DNA of 59,075 nt, taken from Verrucomicrobiota bacterium (GTDB lineage Bacteria > Verrucomicrobiota > Verrucomicrobiia > Limisphaerales > UBA11358). The position numbers and the translations under genes are program-made. Below, piece after piece: positions 21,314 to 30,315 of this stretch (position 1 is its first letter; the number at the start of each line of letters is the position of its first letter). Under the pieces are notes generated by a model. The model worked only from the letters and a program-made list of their open reading frames with translations, made no database searches and was not told where the DNA came from. The stretch is from contig JBEKBA010000004.1 of the NCBI GenBank assembly GCA_050015635.1, positions 1 to 59,075 of the forward strand. The letters run 5' to 3'.

Positions 21314-22693
21314 ATGAATTCGTCTAATTTTTCCACCGTAAACCCGGCCACCGGGGAGCAGATTGAAACATTCCCCTTTTTCACTGTTCAAGAAACAGAA
21401 GCCGCGCTCGTTCGCGCCGAAAAGAGCTTCAAGTCATACCGGACCTTGTCCGTGCATCAACGCGCACAACTACTCTCAAGCCTCGCCGCGACGTTACGGA
21501 AAAACAAGGCGCATTTGGCGAAAATAATCACCACGGAAATGGGAAAGATCCTTTCGGAGGCTGAGGCCGAGGTGGAGAAGTGCGCCTGGGTGGCAGACTG
21601 GTACGCCGGGCATGGACCGCAGATGTTTTCGGACGCGCCCGCCCCGACAGGCAAGGTCGAGGCATATGTTTCGTATCTGCCGCTTGGGCCGATACTTGGA
21701 ATCATGCCCTGGAACTTCCCACTGTGGCAGGCGATGCGGATGGGCATTCCGACGCTGCTGGCCGGCAACGTCGTCCTGGTAAAGCACTCGCCCAACACCC
21801 AGCGGAGTTCGCTCGAGCTTGAGCGCGTGATGCTTGAAGCCGGCTTTCCGGAAGGGGTATTTCAAAATCTAATCCTTAAGACCGAAGACATCGTTAACGT
21901 CATCAATGACGGGCGCGTCCAGGGTGTCTCCCTCACGGGAAGCGTGCGCGCCGGCTCTGCAGTCGCCTCCGGGGCCGGCAAAGTTATCAAGCCGTCCGTC
22001 CTGGAGTTGGGCGGCTCCGATGCTTTCATAGTGCTTGAAGACGCTGATATCCTTAAGGCAGTTGCGGCGGGTATCAAGGGACGCTTCAGCAACGCGGGTC
22101 AGATTTGCCTGGCTCCAAAACGGTTCATCCTGGTAGGGAGGATCGCCGACGAATTTGAGGAGCATTTCGTAAAGGTGGCGCAGGCGATCCATGTTGGTAA
22201 TCCAATGGATCCCGCAAACCAGATGGGGCCAATGGCGCGCGCTGACCTTCGCGATTCTCTGCACCAGCAGGTGAAGGGCAGCATTGCGGCCGGCGCACGT
22301 CTGCTATGTGGGGGCAAACCCGGGGAGGGCAAGGGTGCCTTCTACCTGCCCACGGTGCTAAATGGTGTGACTCGAGGGATGCCGGCCTTCGACGAGGAAA
22401 CGTTCGGCCCGGTTGCGGCAATCACCCGTGTCTCGGATGTCGATTCAGCCGTTGATGCTGCGAATGCAAGCCGGTTTGGATTGAGTGGCAATGTATGGAC
22501 CAGGGACGTTGCCCTGGCCCGTAAGCTGGCGCGCGACTTATATACAGGGGGTGTCTTCATCAACGGTGTGACCGCGTCGGACCCTCGCGTGCCCGTCGGC
22601 GGCGTCAAGAACAGCGGGTATGGCCGGGAGCTCTCGCATTTTGGCCCGCATACTTTTGTGAATGCCCAAACTGTCTGGATCGAGAACTCTTGA
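21314..22693 (+). CDS. NAD(P)-dependent succinate-semialdehyde dehydrogenase (Sad/SsaD type)
   Basis: IMPWNFP, TGSVRAG, LELGGSD, NAGQIC, EETFGP and GGVKNSGYGRE. Confidence 0.88.
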   Translation: MNSSNFSTVNPATGEQIETFPFFTVQETEAALVRAEKSFKSYRTLSVHQRAQLLSSLAATLRKNKAHLAKIITTEMGKILSEAEAEVEKCAWVADWYAGHGPQMFSDAPAPTGKVEAYVSYLPLGPILGIMPWNFPLWQAMRMGIPTLLAGNVVLVKHSPNTQRSSLELERVMLEAGFPEGVFQNLILKTEDIVNVINDGRVQGVSLTGSVRAGSAVASGAGKVIKPSVLELGGSDAFIVLEDADILKAVAAGIKGRFSNAGQICLAPKRFILVGRIADEFEEHFVKVAQAIHVGNPMDPANQMGPMARADLRDSLHQQVKGSIAAGARLLCGGKPGEGKGAFYLPTVLNGVTRGMPAFDEETFGPVAAITRVSDVDSAVDAANASRFGLSGNVWTRDVALARKLARDLYTGGVFINGVTASDPRVPVGGVKNSGYGRELSHFGPHTFVNAQTVWIENS

Positions 22694-22929
22694 GCGAACT
22701 TTGCGTGAACCGAACGGCGTTAATCATCTTGTCACCGATGGGATAAACTGTCTCTGTTCGAGTGGTTGCGAATTCAACGTCGCTCTCGTCGCAACAAAGC
22801 CGGCGCACAGCGGACGGGGCACTTCGGCAGCCGGGAAAAACTTTTTAGCTCCGGGGTGCTTAAAAACGCCGCTGTTAAAATTATTTTGAGAGAGACGATT
22901 CCGATTGTTGACAGTGACAGAAAGCCTAG

Positions 22930-24084
22930 TTACTCATCTAACTCTTCGTCTTCTATTGCAGCATCAGGCGCAGCTTCGTCGTAGTTAAATTCCACCATAC
23001 TCTGCCGAATTATTTCATCCATTACTTCACCTAGTTTGTCTGCTTTTTGAACTAGCTCAAACCGCCTTAAAAGTTCCGGCACATTTATTATTTCTTCAAT
23101 GCAATTCATGTAGCGTTCTACAATTTTTTCGACACCATAAGCAGCTTCCGCTTGTTTGCGAATAGCCTTTTTTAGATCCTCCTGCGATTCGCTGGTTTTA
23201 ATTACAAAAGTAAGTGGGAACTTCTGAAGTTTATCAAAATCCAAGAAATATTTACGGACATCAATTGTCTCGGTTACTTGAAAAAACCGACCTAATGGGC
23301 GCATGACGAAATCAATACCGCCATCATTCGCATTTGTCCGGCCGGTTTTGTAAAGCACCAACACCTCCTCATTCAAATCATCTCTTGTCCAGCCCCAAAA
23401 AATCGTTTTTTCGCTAAACGCAGCTTTCATTATCGCAAAGCTGACGATTTCAAAAATCCGTGCGTCAACATTTGGCTGTAACTGGCCAGATACAAAACGA
23501 ACCGCCGCCGCCATGTCGTTGCGGTCCAGTGCATTCAGTTTTGTGCATGCTTCGATAAAAGATTCAAAAGCGTTTTTTTTGGCAGCAGCGTATGCGTCGA
23601 TTATTCTAATTACGGACTTTGCGATACTTACTGAAGCCTTGTCACCAACGGGAACGTTCAAAAGTTTTTCGTTTATCCAATATTTGCGAGTCGGTAGATC
23701 GCGAATAATTGGTACCTGATCACTTGCGGGAAAAAACTTCCGAAACTCGTCGTTGCACCGATTATTTAGATGATGGTTTTGCAGTTTCCTGCCAAACGGC
23801 AATTCTCTTTGCCGCGCAAATAAGTCCGAAAAATTAGCTCCTTCGTAATCCTTGTATGCAATTTTCCCGTCGATGAAACCAGCTTTGATGTAATCCTCAA
23901 TGAGAACATAAATCGCGTAGTGGTTGCCGAAGGCACCGCGCGACTTCGATCCCTTATTCGCTGACTTTGTCTTTAGATTCAAATACTGGAGAAGCAGGCT
24001 CCGTTCAAAGACTTGAGCTGCATTGGCACCAAAATCCTCATTTAGAATTCGATTAATTGTGTCTGTGAATGCGTGTTTAATCAT
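22930..24084 (-). CDS. Putative type II restriction endonuclease
   Basis: AT-rich; 4-bp overlap downstream of a DNA MTase; GRTNANDGGIDF...FFQVTE PD-(D/E)xK-like core. Confidence 0.75.
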   Translation of the reverse strand: MIKHAFTDTINRILNEDFGANAAQVFERSLLLQYLNLKTKSANKGSKSRGAFGNHYAIYVLIEDYIKAGFIDGKIAYKDYEGANFSDLFARQRELPFGRKLQNHHLNNRCNDEFRKFFPASDQVPIIRDLPTRKYWINEKLLNVPVGDKASVSIAKSVIRIIDAYAAAKKNAFESFIEACTKLNALDRNDMAAAVRFVSGQLQPNVDARIFEIVSFAIMKAAFSEKTIFWGWTRDDLNEEVLVLYKTGRTNANDGGIDFVMRPLGRFFQVTETIDVRKYFLDFDKLQKFPLTFVIKTSESQEDLKKAIRKQAEAAYGVEKIVERYMNCIEEIINVPELLRRFELVQKADKLGEVMDEIIRQSMVEFNYDEAAPDAAIEDEELDE

Positions 24085-24953
24085 GATTTTTCAAAGAGTG
24101 TGAGCGTCTGGTCCTGTGCGGCATGAATTCCATTTTTACGCACGTAAGTTTTGTCTGCCCTTTCAAGGGCTTTACCTTTATAAGCTGACGCAATGCCTAA
24201 ACGGCGCAAACCGATCCGCAAATACTCTTCCTGGCTTTCAATGGAAATTGACTTCCTCTGTAATTTTTTTGCGACCGCTCCGGTGGTAAATGATCCAGCA
24301 AATGGGTCTAAAACCACATCTCCAATATGAGAACTGGCAAGGATGATTCGTTCCAGTAAAGCTTCGGGCTTTTGCGATGGATGTTCTTCGTACTCATCCA
24401 TCCGGTATCTAACTCGTGGCATCGTCCACAAATTCCCAGGAACTTTTGTTGTGTTGTAAAATGTTGGAACATCTTTGCGATAATCCACCAAACGCCGCAC
24501 AGCGCCGGTCTTTGCTTCGACTTTTATATTATCGGCGTTGAACGTGTATCTTTTCTCGTCTTTCACGCAAAATAAAATCGGCTCATAAAGCGAGCCAAAA
24601 TACTTGCGGGCTTGAACTCCAGAACTGTCGTAGTGCCAAATAATCCGGGATAAAATGGTAAGTTTTTTCCTGATGAACAAATCCAAATGCGGCATCGCCT
24701 GTGTGCTGGTCATCAGATATATGGTGCCCGTGGGTTTCAGTTTGGCTATGCAAAGTTCGATCCACCGATAACACCAGGCCGCGTAATCTTCGTCTGATTC
24801 CCAACGGTCACAAAAATTTGAGAATTGTTTGCCAATATTGTATGGCGGGTCTGCAAAAATCAGATCAACCGACGAATCCTTCACGTCAACCTGAAGCACT
24901 TTCATGGCATCCCCATGAAATATCGTATGATCGTCGTTTGAGAAACGTTCCAT
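24081..24953 (-). CDS. Beta-class adenine DNA methyltransferase, YhdJ-like
   Basis: DLIFADPPYNIG, YDSSGVQA, VPGNLW..PRVRY.MDEYE.HPSQKPEAL and DPFAGS; start taken at MERFSND. Confidence 0.92.
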   Translation of the reverse strand: MERFSNDDHTIFHGDAMKVLQVDVKDSSVDLIFADPPYNIGKQFSNFCDRWESDEDYAAWCYRWIELCIAKLKPTGTIYLMTSTQAMPHLDLFIRKKLTILSRIIWHYDSSGVQARKYFGSLYEPILFCVKDEKRYTFNADNIKVEAKTGAVRRLVDYRKDVPTFYNTTKVPGNLWTMPRVRYRMDEYEEHPSQKPEALLERIILASSHIGDVVLDPFAGSFTTGAVAKKLQRKSISIESQEEYLRIGLRRLGIASAYKGKALERADKTYVRKNGIHAAQDQTLTLFEKS

Positions 24954-25128
24954 ATTCTTCAATTCTGCGTCCCACCTGCAAATTGTGCAAGCGTAAGTGA
25001 CGAAACCTAGCTCGCGGAATGGAGCGTGGCCAGGACGAGCGGAGCAGTCGCGCACTCTGGTCGCGTGGGGTGGGGGGATTGATTGAGAGCCTGCGCTAAA
25101 CAGCCAAAGTGTAGGCGAGAATTGTCGA

Positions 25129-25215
25129 ATTAATTCGATCAAAAAAAATCGTAAAGGTTAATTTTCCTCGCATTGCACCGCGTTCTGATTCTGTTAGTCT
25201 CACGCGCGTATGGCC
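25129..25215 (+). repeat. Right copy of ~88-bp direct repeat, containing the putative ubiD promoter
   Basis: Matches 19247-19335; includes TTGCAC-N16-(TG-T)TAGTCT and the ubiD ATG at 25210. Confidence 0.95.
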
Positions 25216-26736
25216 TTTGATTCATTCCGCGATTTTGTCAACGCCCTCGACCGCGCCGGCGAACTGAAACGCATTTCCCAACCCGTCGCAACCGAACTCG
25301 AAATCACCGAGATCGCCGATCGCGAAATGAAATCGCCCGGCGGCGGCAAGGCGCTGCTGTTCGAGCAACCCACCGTCAACGGCGTCGTTTCGCCCTTTCC
25401 CGTCGCCATCAACACCATGGGTTCGCATAAACGCATGGCCATGAGCATGGGCGCGAATAGCGTGGACGAAGTCGCCGCCGAACTCGGCGCGCTGATGAAA
25501 GCCAAGCCGACGACGAGCTTCAAGGAAACCATCAAACTGCTCGGTCAGGCGCTCGATTTGCGCCATGCGAAACCGAAAATCGTCAAAAACGGCGCGTGCA
25601 AGGAAGTCATTCATAAATTTGATGCGCCCGCTCCCGCCAAAACCTGGCCGCCCGCGCCCGATTGGCGGAAAGGCACGTCGCCGGCTCCGCCGACGCTTTT
25701 GAATCTGCCCATTCAAAAATGCTGGCCGCTCGATGGCGGACGTTTCATCACCTTGCCCTGCGTCGTCACCAAAGACCCAGACACCGGCGAACGCAACGTC
25801 GGGATGTATCGCATCCAGATTTACGACGACCGCACGGTTGGAATGCACTGGCAGTTGCAAAAAGTCGGCGCGCGCCACGGACGCCACTATTACGAAACCG
25901 GCACGCGAATGCCCGTTTCCATTTTCATCGGTGGCGACCCGATGTTTCCCTTTGCCGCCACCGCACCCCTGCCCGACGGCTTGGATGAATTTCTCCTTGC
26001 CGGTTATCTCCGCAAAAAGTCCGTCGAACTCGTCAAATGCGAGACCAACGATTTGGAAGTTCCGGCAAATTCGGATTTTGTTATCGAAGGTTATGTTGAC
26101 CCGACCGAGCCCTTGCGCGACGAAGGCCCGTTCGGCGACCACACGGGCTATTACACGCTGCCCGAACCGTATCCGGTTTTTCACATCACCGCCCTCACGC
26201 ATCGCAAGGACGCGATGTATCCGGCAACGATTGTCGGCATTCCGCCGATGGAGGATTTTTACATCGGCGGCGCCAGCGTGAAATTGTTCCTGCCGGTCTT
26301 CAAAATGAATTTTCCCGAGATCGTGGACATCGCGCTGCCGGCGGAAGGCGTGTTCCACAACCTCGTATTTGTAGCAATCAAAAAGACCTACCCGATGCAG
26401 GCTTACAAAATCATGCACGGCCTCTGGGGCATGGGACAGATGATGTTCACCAAATACATCGTGGTGGTGGACGCCGGCGTGGACGTGCATAACACGAGCG
26501 AAGTGCTCTTTCACCTCACGGCCAACACCGATCCGCAGCGCGACAGCATCTTCACCAAAGGCCCGTCCGACGTGCTCGACCACGCCACCAGCGAAATCGC
26601 CATCGGCAGCAAACTCGGCATTGACGCGACCAAAAAATTGCCCGGTGAAGGCTTCAAACGCCCCTGGCCGCCGCTCATCAAGATGGATGAAAGCGTGAAG
26701 GCGAAGGTGGAGAAATTTTTCAATCTGGCCAAATAA
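25210..26736 (+). CDS. UbiD-family decarboxylase (menaquinone biosynthesis MqnL type)
   Basis: CWPLDGGRFITLP, RNVGMYR, EGPFGDHTGYY, GIPPMED, LWGMGQMMFTK and KLGIDAT. Confidence 0.93.
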   Translation: MAFDSFRDFVNALDRAGELKRISQPVATELEITEIADREMKSPGGGKALLFEQPTVNGVVSPFPVAINTMGSHKRMAMSMGANSVDEVAAELGALMKAKPTTSFKETIKLLGQALDLRHAKPKIVKNGACKEVIHKFDAPAPAKTWPPAPDWRKGTSPAPPTLLNLPIQKCWPLDGGRFITLPCVVTKDPDTGERNVGMYRIQIYDDRTVGMHWQLQKVGARHGRHYYETGTRMPVSIFIGGDPMFPFAATAPLPDGLDEFLLAGYLRKKSVELVKCETNDLEVPANSDFVIEGYVDPTEPLRDEGPFGDHTGYYTLPEPYPVFHITALTHRKDAMYPATIVGIPPMEDFYIGGASVKLFLPVFKMNFPEIVDIALPAEGVFHNLVFVAIKKTYPMQAYKIMHGLWGMGQMMFTKYIVVVDAGVDVHNTSEVLFHLTANTDPQRDSIFTKGPSDVLDHATSEIAIGSKLGIDATKKLPGEGFKRPWPPLIKMDESVKAKVEKFFNLAK

Positions 26737-26745
26737 AATTCAACC

Positions 26746-27516
26746 ATGACTAAAAAACATTGGCTCATTCTCGTCGCAGTGGTGGCCTCATGCGGACTGA
26801 TTGGCGGAGCGCTCGTGCTGGCGCTGACGCTCGGATTTTTCGGCGGACATGAGGAGACGACTGGCGCTGGCTTCAGCCTGCCGGTTTACACCCAGGGACA
26901 ACAATTGGCTTCATCGCACCCCGGATATTTCCACGATACGTTGACCGGCGGCGGTGAGGTTTACGTGAACGACTACGAGGAAGCCTGTCTGCAACTCACT
27001 CTTGCGGAACCGCAGACGGTCATCGGCCTCATGGGTTCCATCAGCCCCGCGAAAGTCGGCGCCATTCCCGGCCAGCCCGTCACCGCTTATATCGCGGTGG
27101 ATTGCGGCTCCGAAATGCCCGCGTATGTTCCCTACCGCAACATCAAGCAACCACCGTTCGACTGGCGCACCGCCACGTTCCGCCAAATGACCGCATCACG
27201 GCAATATAAATTTGGTCCGCTGGTCACCACCACCAACGCCGCGCTCATCGCCGAAGTCGTGCGCCTGTTGCGCGAAGGCACGCCCGTGGAATTAAATCCG
27301 TTTCCGTTCTCCGGCGCTACGAATCTCACCACCATCAACCTGACCAGCGACCAACTGCCCGGCATACTGTTTTGTCCGGCGCTGTGCTATTACGGCGACG
27401 GCAACATCTATCTCGCCGAAAGTTTGATACCGGATTTCACCGTCACGCCGCCGCAAGTCCGCGCCCGCTGGATTCCCGCCAGCCCGATGCTGACCCAATG
27501 GCTGAAAGGTCCATGA
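26746..27516 (+). CDS. Hypothetical membrane-anchored protein (cargo between duplicated ubiD ends)
   Basis: 256 aa with an N-terminal hydrophobic helix; host-like codon usage. Confidence 0.75.
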   Translation: MTKKHWLILVAVVASCGLIGGALVLALTLGFFGGHEETTGAGFSLPVYTQGQQLASSHPGYFHDTLTGGGEVYVNDYEEACLQLTLAEPQTVIGLMGSISPAKVGAIPGQPVTAYIAVDCGSEMPAYVPYRNIKQPPFDWRTATFRQMTASRQYKFGPLVTTTNAALIAEVVRLLREGTPVELNPFPFSGATNLTTINLTSDQLPGILFCPALCYYGDGNIYLAESLIPDFTVTPPQVRARWIPASPMLTQWLKGP

Positions 27517-27662
27517 AGCAAAATAAAATAGCCAGCGGCAGCAAACTCGGCATTGACGCAACAAAAAAATTGCCCGGCGAAGGCTTCAAACGTCCCTGGC
27601 CGCCGCTCATCAAGATGGATGAAAGCGTGAAGGCGAAAGTGGAGCAATTATTTAAAAAATGA
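27513..27662 (+). pseudogene. Duplicated 3' end of the ubiD-family gene
   Basis: 27526-27644 nearly identical to 26594-26712; encodes GSKLGIDATKKLPGEGFKRPWPPLIKMDESVKAKVE with a different terminal tail (QLFKK versus KFFNLAK). Confidence 0.92.
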
Positions 27663-27991
27663 ATCTGTTGATTCCAATTGAAGCATTCGACAATTTCAAA
27701 AAAGTAAAAGATTTTCCTATTGCGGATTTATCGCCGGACTTAATTCCTGCTCTAAAAAAACCGGATGAACGAGACGAATTTGAACCTTTCTTGCGTTCAA
27801 TTCTTACTGACACATCCCCAACACTACACGGTCCAGCCGAAATTGTGGATCCTTTCGCCTTCTCGCAAAATTGTCGGGCAATGCCATGCCTGTGCAGGAA
27901 AGTCGCCCACCCTTCGCAGAACTGGCTTCCAATCCGACATCACCGGGACATTGCGCGCAATATAAATGCACCCTTACATTTGCTGAATTAA
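27659..27991 (+). pseudogene. Truncated AT-rich gene fragment fused to unrelated sequence
   Basis: Overlaps the duplicated ubiD stop (ATGA); protein-like up to HGPAEIVD (~27850), then the sequence character changes. Confidence 0.45.
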
Positions 27992-28231
27992 GCGATGGTT
28001 CGAACCATACCACCCGCTCAAACGTTTACGCTAACCAGCGTTTTGATTTCAAAAACTAGATCTGTTTTCCCTTGAACCAAAAAGCGTCAAGGCTTATTCT
28101 CAAACACATTGTGGAAAAGCATATAGTTGCATCAGCTTTTGACCCTTGGGAAATAGTAGAACTTCGATTCGACAAAAAAGGTAAAGGAGATGTTATAAGA
28201 AAGGAATATTATCGTAGCCGGTTTTTGTTGT

Positions 28232-28322
28232 CTTGGCGTCTTGGCGGTTAAATCCCTTTTCGCGTTAATTCGTGAAATTCGCGTCTAAAAATGCCGCGTA
28301 TCAATTCGTGTAATTCGTGTCT
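28232..28322. repeat. Cluster of short tandem repeats
   Basis: CTTGGCGTCTTGGCGGTTA (identical at 31789-31807), TTCGCGTTAATTCGTGAAATTCGCGTC and AATTCGTGTAATTCGTGT. Confidence 0.6.
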
Positions 28323-28448
28323 CTTTTTTATGGTGGCCGCCCCGCAAGAGGCATCCGTTTCCATCCGCGTCCAAAAATCTCGCGAAATTGGCTGTTCAAA
28401 CTTGGAAATAAAATTTCTCTTGCATCTTACTTCATGTTGCGCTAATAC

Positions 28449-28464
28449 TTAACCATATGGTTAA
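28449..28464. promoter_or_regulatory. Putative ArsR autoregulatory operator
   Basis: Perfect 16-bp palindrome TTAACCATATGGTTAA overlapping the arsR ATG. Confidence 0.75.
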
Positions 28465-28813
28465 ATGTTCACCGCGTTTGTTGAACCGCACCTTTGCCGC
28501 GCTGGCCGACCCGACCCGCCGCCGCATTTTGGAGCATCTGGCTCACGGCGACCGCTGCGTCACGGATCTGGCGCGGCCATATTCCATGTCCCTGCCGGCG
28601 GTCTCGAAACATTTGCGCGTGCTGGAAAATGCGGGCTTGATTCGCCGCCACCGCTGCGGTCGCGTGCATTCGCTGAAATTGCAGGCCGCGCCAATGCAGC
28701 AGGCACAGCAATGGATTGAGGAATATCGCCGCTTTTGGGAACAGAGCTTTGACCGTTTGGACGAATATCTGAAAAAACTGCAAACCACGGAGAAAAAACA
28801 TGAGCACAAATAA
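28457..28813 (+). CDS. ArsR/SmtB family transcriptional regulator
   Basis: FAALADPTRRRIL, SLPAVSKHLRVLENAGL and YRRFW...DRLDEYL. Confidence 0.93.
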   Translation: MVKCSPRLLNRTFAALADPTRRRILEHLAHGDRCVTDLARPYSMSLPAVSKHLRVLENAGLIRRHRCGRVHSLKLQAAPMQQAQQWIEEYRRFWEQSFDRLDEYLKKLQTTEKKHEHK

Positions 28814-29288
28814 AACAATGGAGGAAAACAACATCAAACTGGAATTGTCCCGCGTTTTCGCTGCGCCGCGCGAACTGGTCTTCAAGGCGTGGACGGACGC
28901 GAACCAATTCAAGCAGTGGTTCGGTGCGGCGGCGTGCGACGGATCGTTGTTGCAATCAGTGAAGGTGGACGCGCGCGTCGGCGGCAAATATCGCATTCAG
29001 GTGCGGCGCGCCGACGGCGAATTTTTCACGACCGTCGGGATTTATCGCGAAGTGAAGCCGCCGGAACGTCTGGTCTTTACGTGGCAATTTGAAAAAGACG
29101 GCGGCGGCGGGGAATTCGGCGAGGTCGAGCCGTGCGAAATGCTCGTGACGCTCGAATTTCGCGCGCGCGGAAAACAAACTGAATTGATTTTGACGCACGA
29201 GAAGTTTGCGTCCGTCGAAAGCCGCGACCGCCACGAGCAGGGCTGGACTCGTTGCCTCAATGAACTTGGAAAATTCGTTGGAAAATAA
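28800..29288 (+). CDS. SRPBCC/AHSA1-like domain protein
   Basis: RVFAAPRELVFKAWTD, PPERLVFTW and HEQGW. Confidence 0.9.
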   Translation: MSTNKTMEENNIKLELSRVFAAPRELVFKAWTDANQFKQWFGAAACDGSLLQSVKVDARVGGKYRIQVRRADGEFFTTVGIYREVKPPERLVFTWQFEKDGGGGEFGEVEPCEMLVTLEFRARGKQTELILTHEKFASVESRDRHEQGWTRCLNELGKFVGK

Positions 29289-29292
29289 AAAT

Positions 29293-29772
29293 ATGACCGC
29301 GCAAACTGAAGGCAAACATTTGGTCGGAAAGGAATTTATCATCACGCGCGAATACGATGCGCCGCGCGATCTGGTGTTCAAAGCGTGGACTGACCCCAAA
29401 CATTTGGCGCAATGGTGGGGACCCAAGGGATTTACCAATCCGGTTTGCGAATGGGACGCGCGCCCCGGCGGAAAAATTTATGACGTGATGCGCGCGCCCA
29501 ACGGAATTGATTATCCGATGGGAGGCGTGTTTCGAGAAATTGTTATGCCTGAACGACTTATGTTCACAAGCGGTGCGCTGGATAAAAAGGGGGAGCTGTT
29601 GTTCGAGTTTTTGCACACCGCTACTTTCACTGAACAAAACGGTAAAACAACGCTCACTCTAAATTCACGCGTCATCATGACAACCGCCGGAGCTGACAAA
29701 TATATCGGCGGGTTTGAGGCGGGTATGACGCAAAGTTTGGAGCGGCTCGCCGGACATTTGACAAAAGCCTGA
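29293..29772 (+). CDS. SRPBCC/AHSA1-like domain protein
   Basis: ITREYDAPRDLVFKAWTD..WWGPKGF and QSLERL. Confidence 0.9.
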   Translation: MTAQTEGKHLVGKEFIITREYDAPRDLVFKAWTDPKHLAQWWGPKGFTNPVCEWDARPGGKIYDVMRAPNGIDYPMGGVFREIVMPERLMFTSGALDKKGELLFEFLHTATFTEQNGKTTLTLNSRVIMTTAGADKYIGGFEAGMTQSLERLAGHLTKA

Positions 29773-29791
29773 ATAAAAAGGAGTAAATTAT

Positions 29792-30315
29792 ATGCAAAAA
29801 ATCACTCCATGCTTGTGGTTCGATGACCGGGCCGAAGAGGCGGCGAATTTTTACGCCGCTATTTTCAAAAACTCAAAGATTAAAAGCATTGCCGCTATGG
29901 CGAAGCAGGCGCAAAGGTTTCGGGAAAATCAAAGGGAACGGTAATGACCGTTTTATTCCAGCTTGAAGGTCAGGAATTTCTGGCATTAAACGGCGGCCCG
30001 CAATTCACGTTTTCGCCGGCCATTTCACTCATCGTGAACTGCAGGACGCAGGCGGAAATTGACGCGTTGTGGAAGAAACTCTCCGTGGATGGAAAAGGAC
30101 AATGCGGATGGCTTAAAGACAAATATGGCCTGTCGTGGCAGATCGTTCCCGCGGTTGTGCGCGGGATGATGCAAAGCAAGGACTCTGACAAGTCGGAAAG
30201 AGTGATGAAGGCCATCCTTCAGATGGAAAAAATTGACATCAAAACGTTGCGGCGGGCATGCGGAAAAAACAGCCGGCGGAGGAAAAAACATGACATCAAA
30301 AAACAATCCAACTGA
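29792..30315 (+). pseudogene. VOC/PhnB family protein with a 1-nt frameshift at ~29892
   Basis: [28 protein letters not shown] from ATG 29792 (SD AAGGAG); ATT GCC GC TAT lacks one C of the expected IARYGE; continues as LNGGPQF...CGWLKDKYGLSWQIVP. Confidence 0.85.

Larger units (their letters stand above)
19247..25215. mobile_element. Direct-repeat-bounded accessory island (ThDP decarboxylase, SSADH, type II RM); no integrase
   Basis: Flanking ~88-bp direct repeats, altered base composition, and SD-led genes unlike the host core genes. Confidence 0.7.

Noticed and set aside
22694-22929. Short ORFs between SSADH and the nuclease
   Set aside because: No start signals or recognisable motifs; possibly debris, but unsupported.
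24954-25142. N-terminal extension of the methyltransferase, or an attC-like site
   Set aside because: Similarity to YhdJ begins at MERFSND; no convincing RYYYAAC/GTTRRRY pair and no integron integrase.
25222-26583. Long antisense ORFs (also 8821-9909, 11699-12736, 18055-18996, 19509-20549, 33546-34751)
   Set aside because: They mirror well-supported genes in GC-biased codon space and have no motifs; shadow ORFs.
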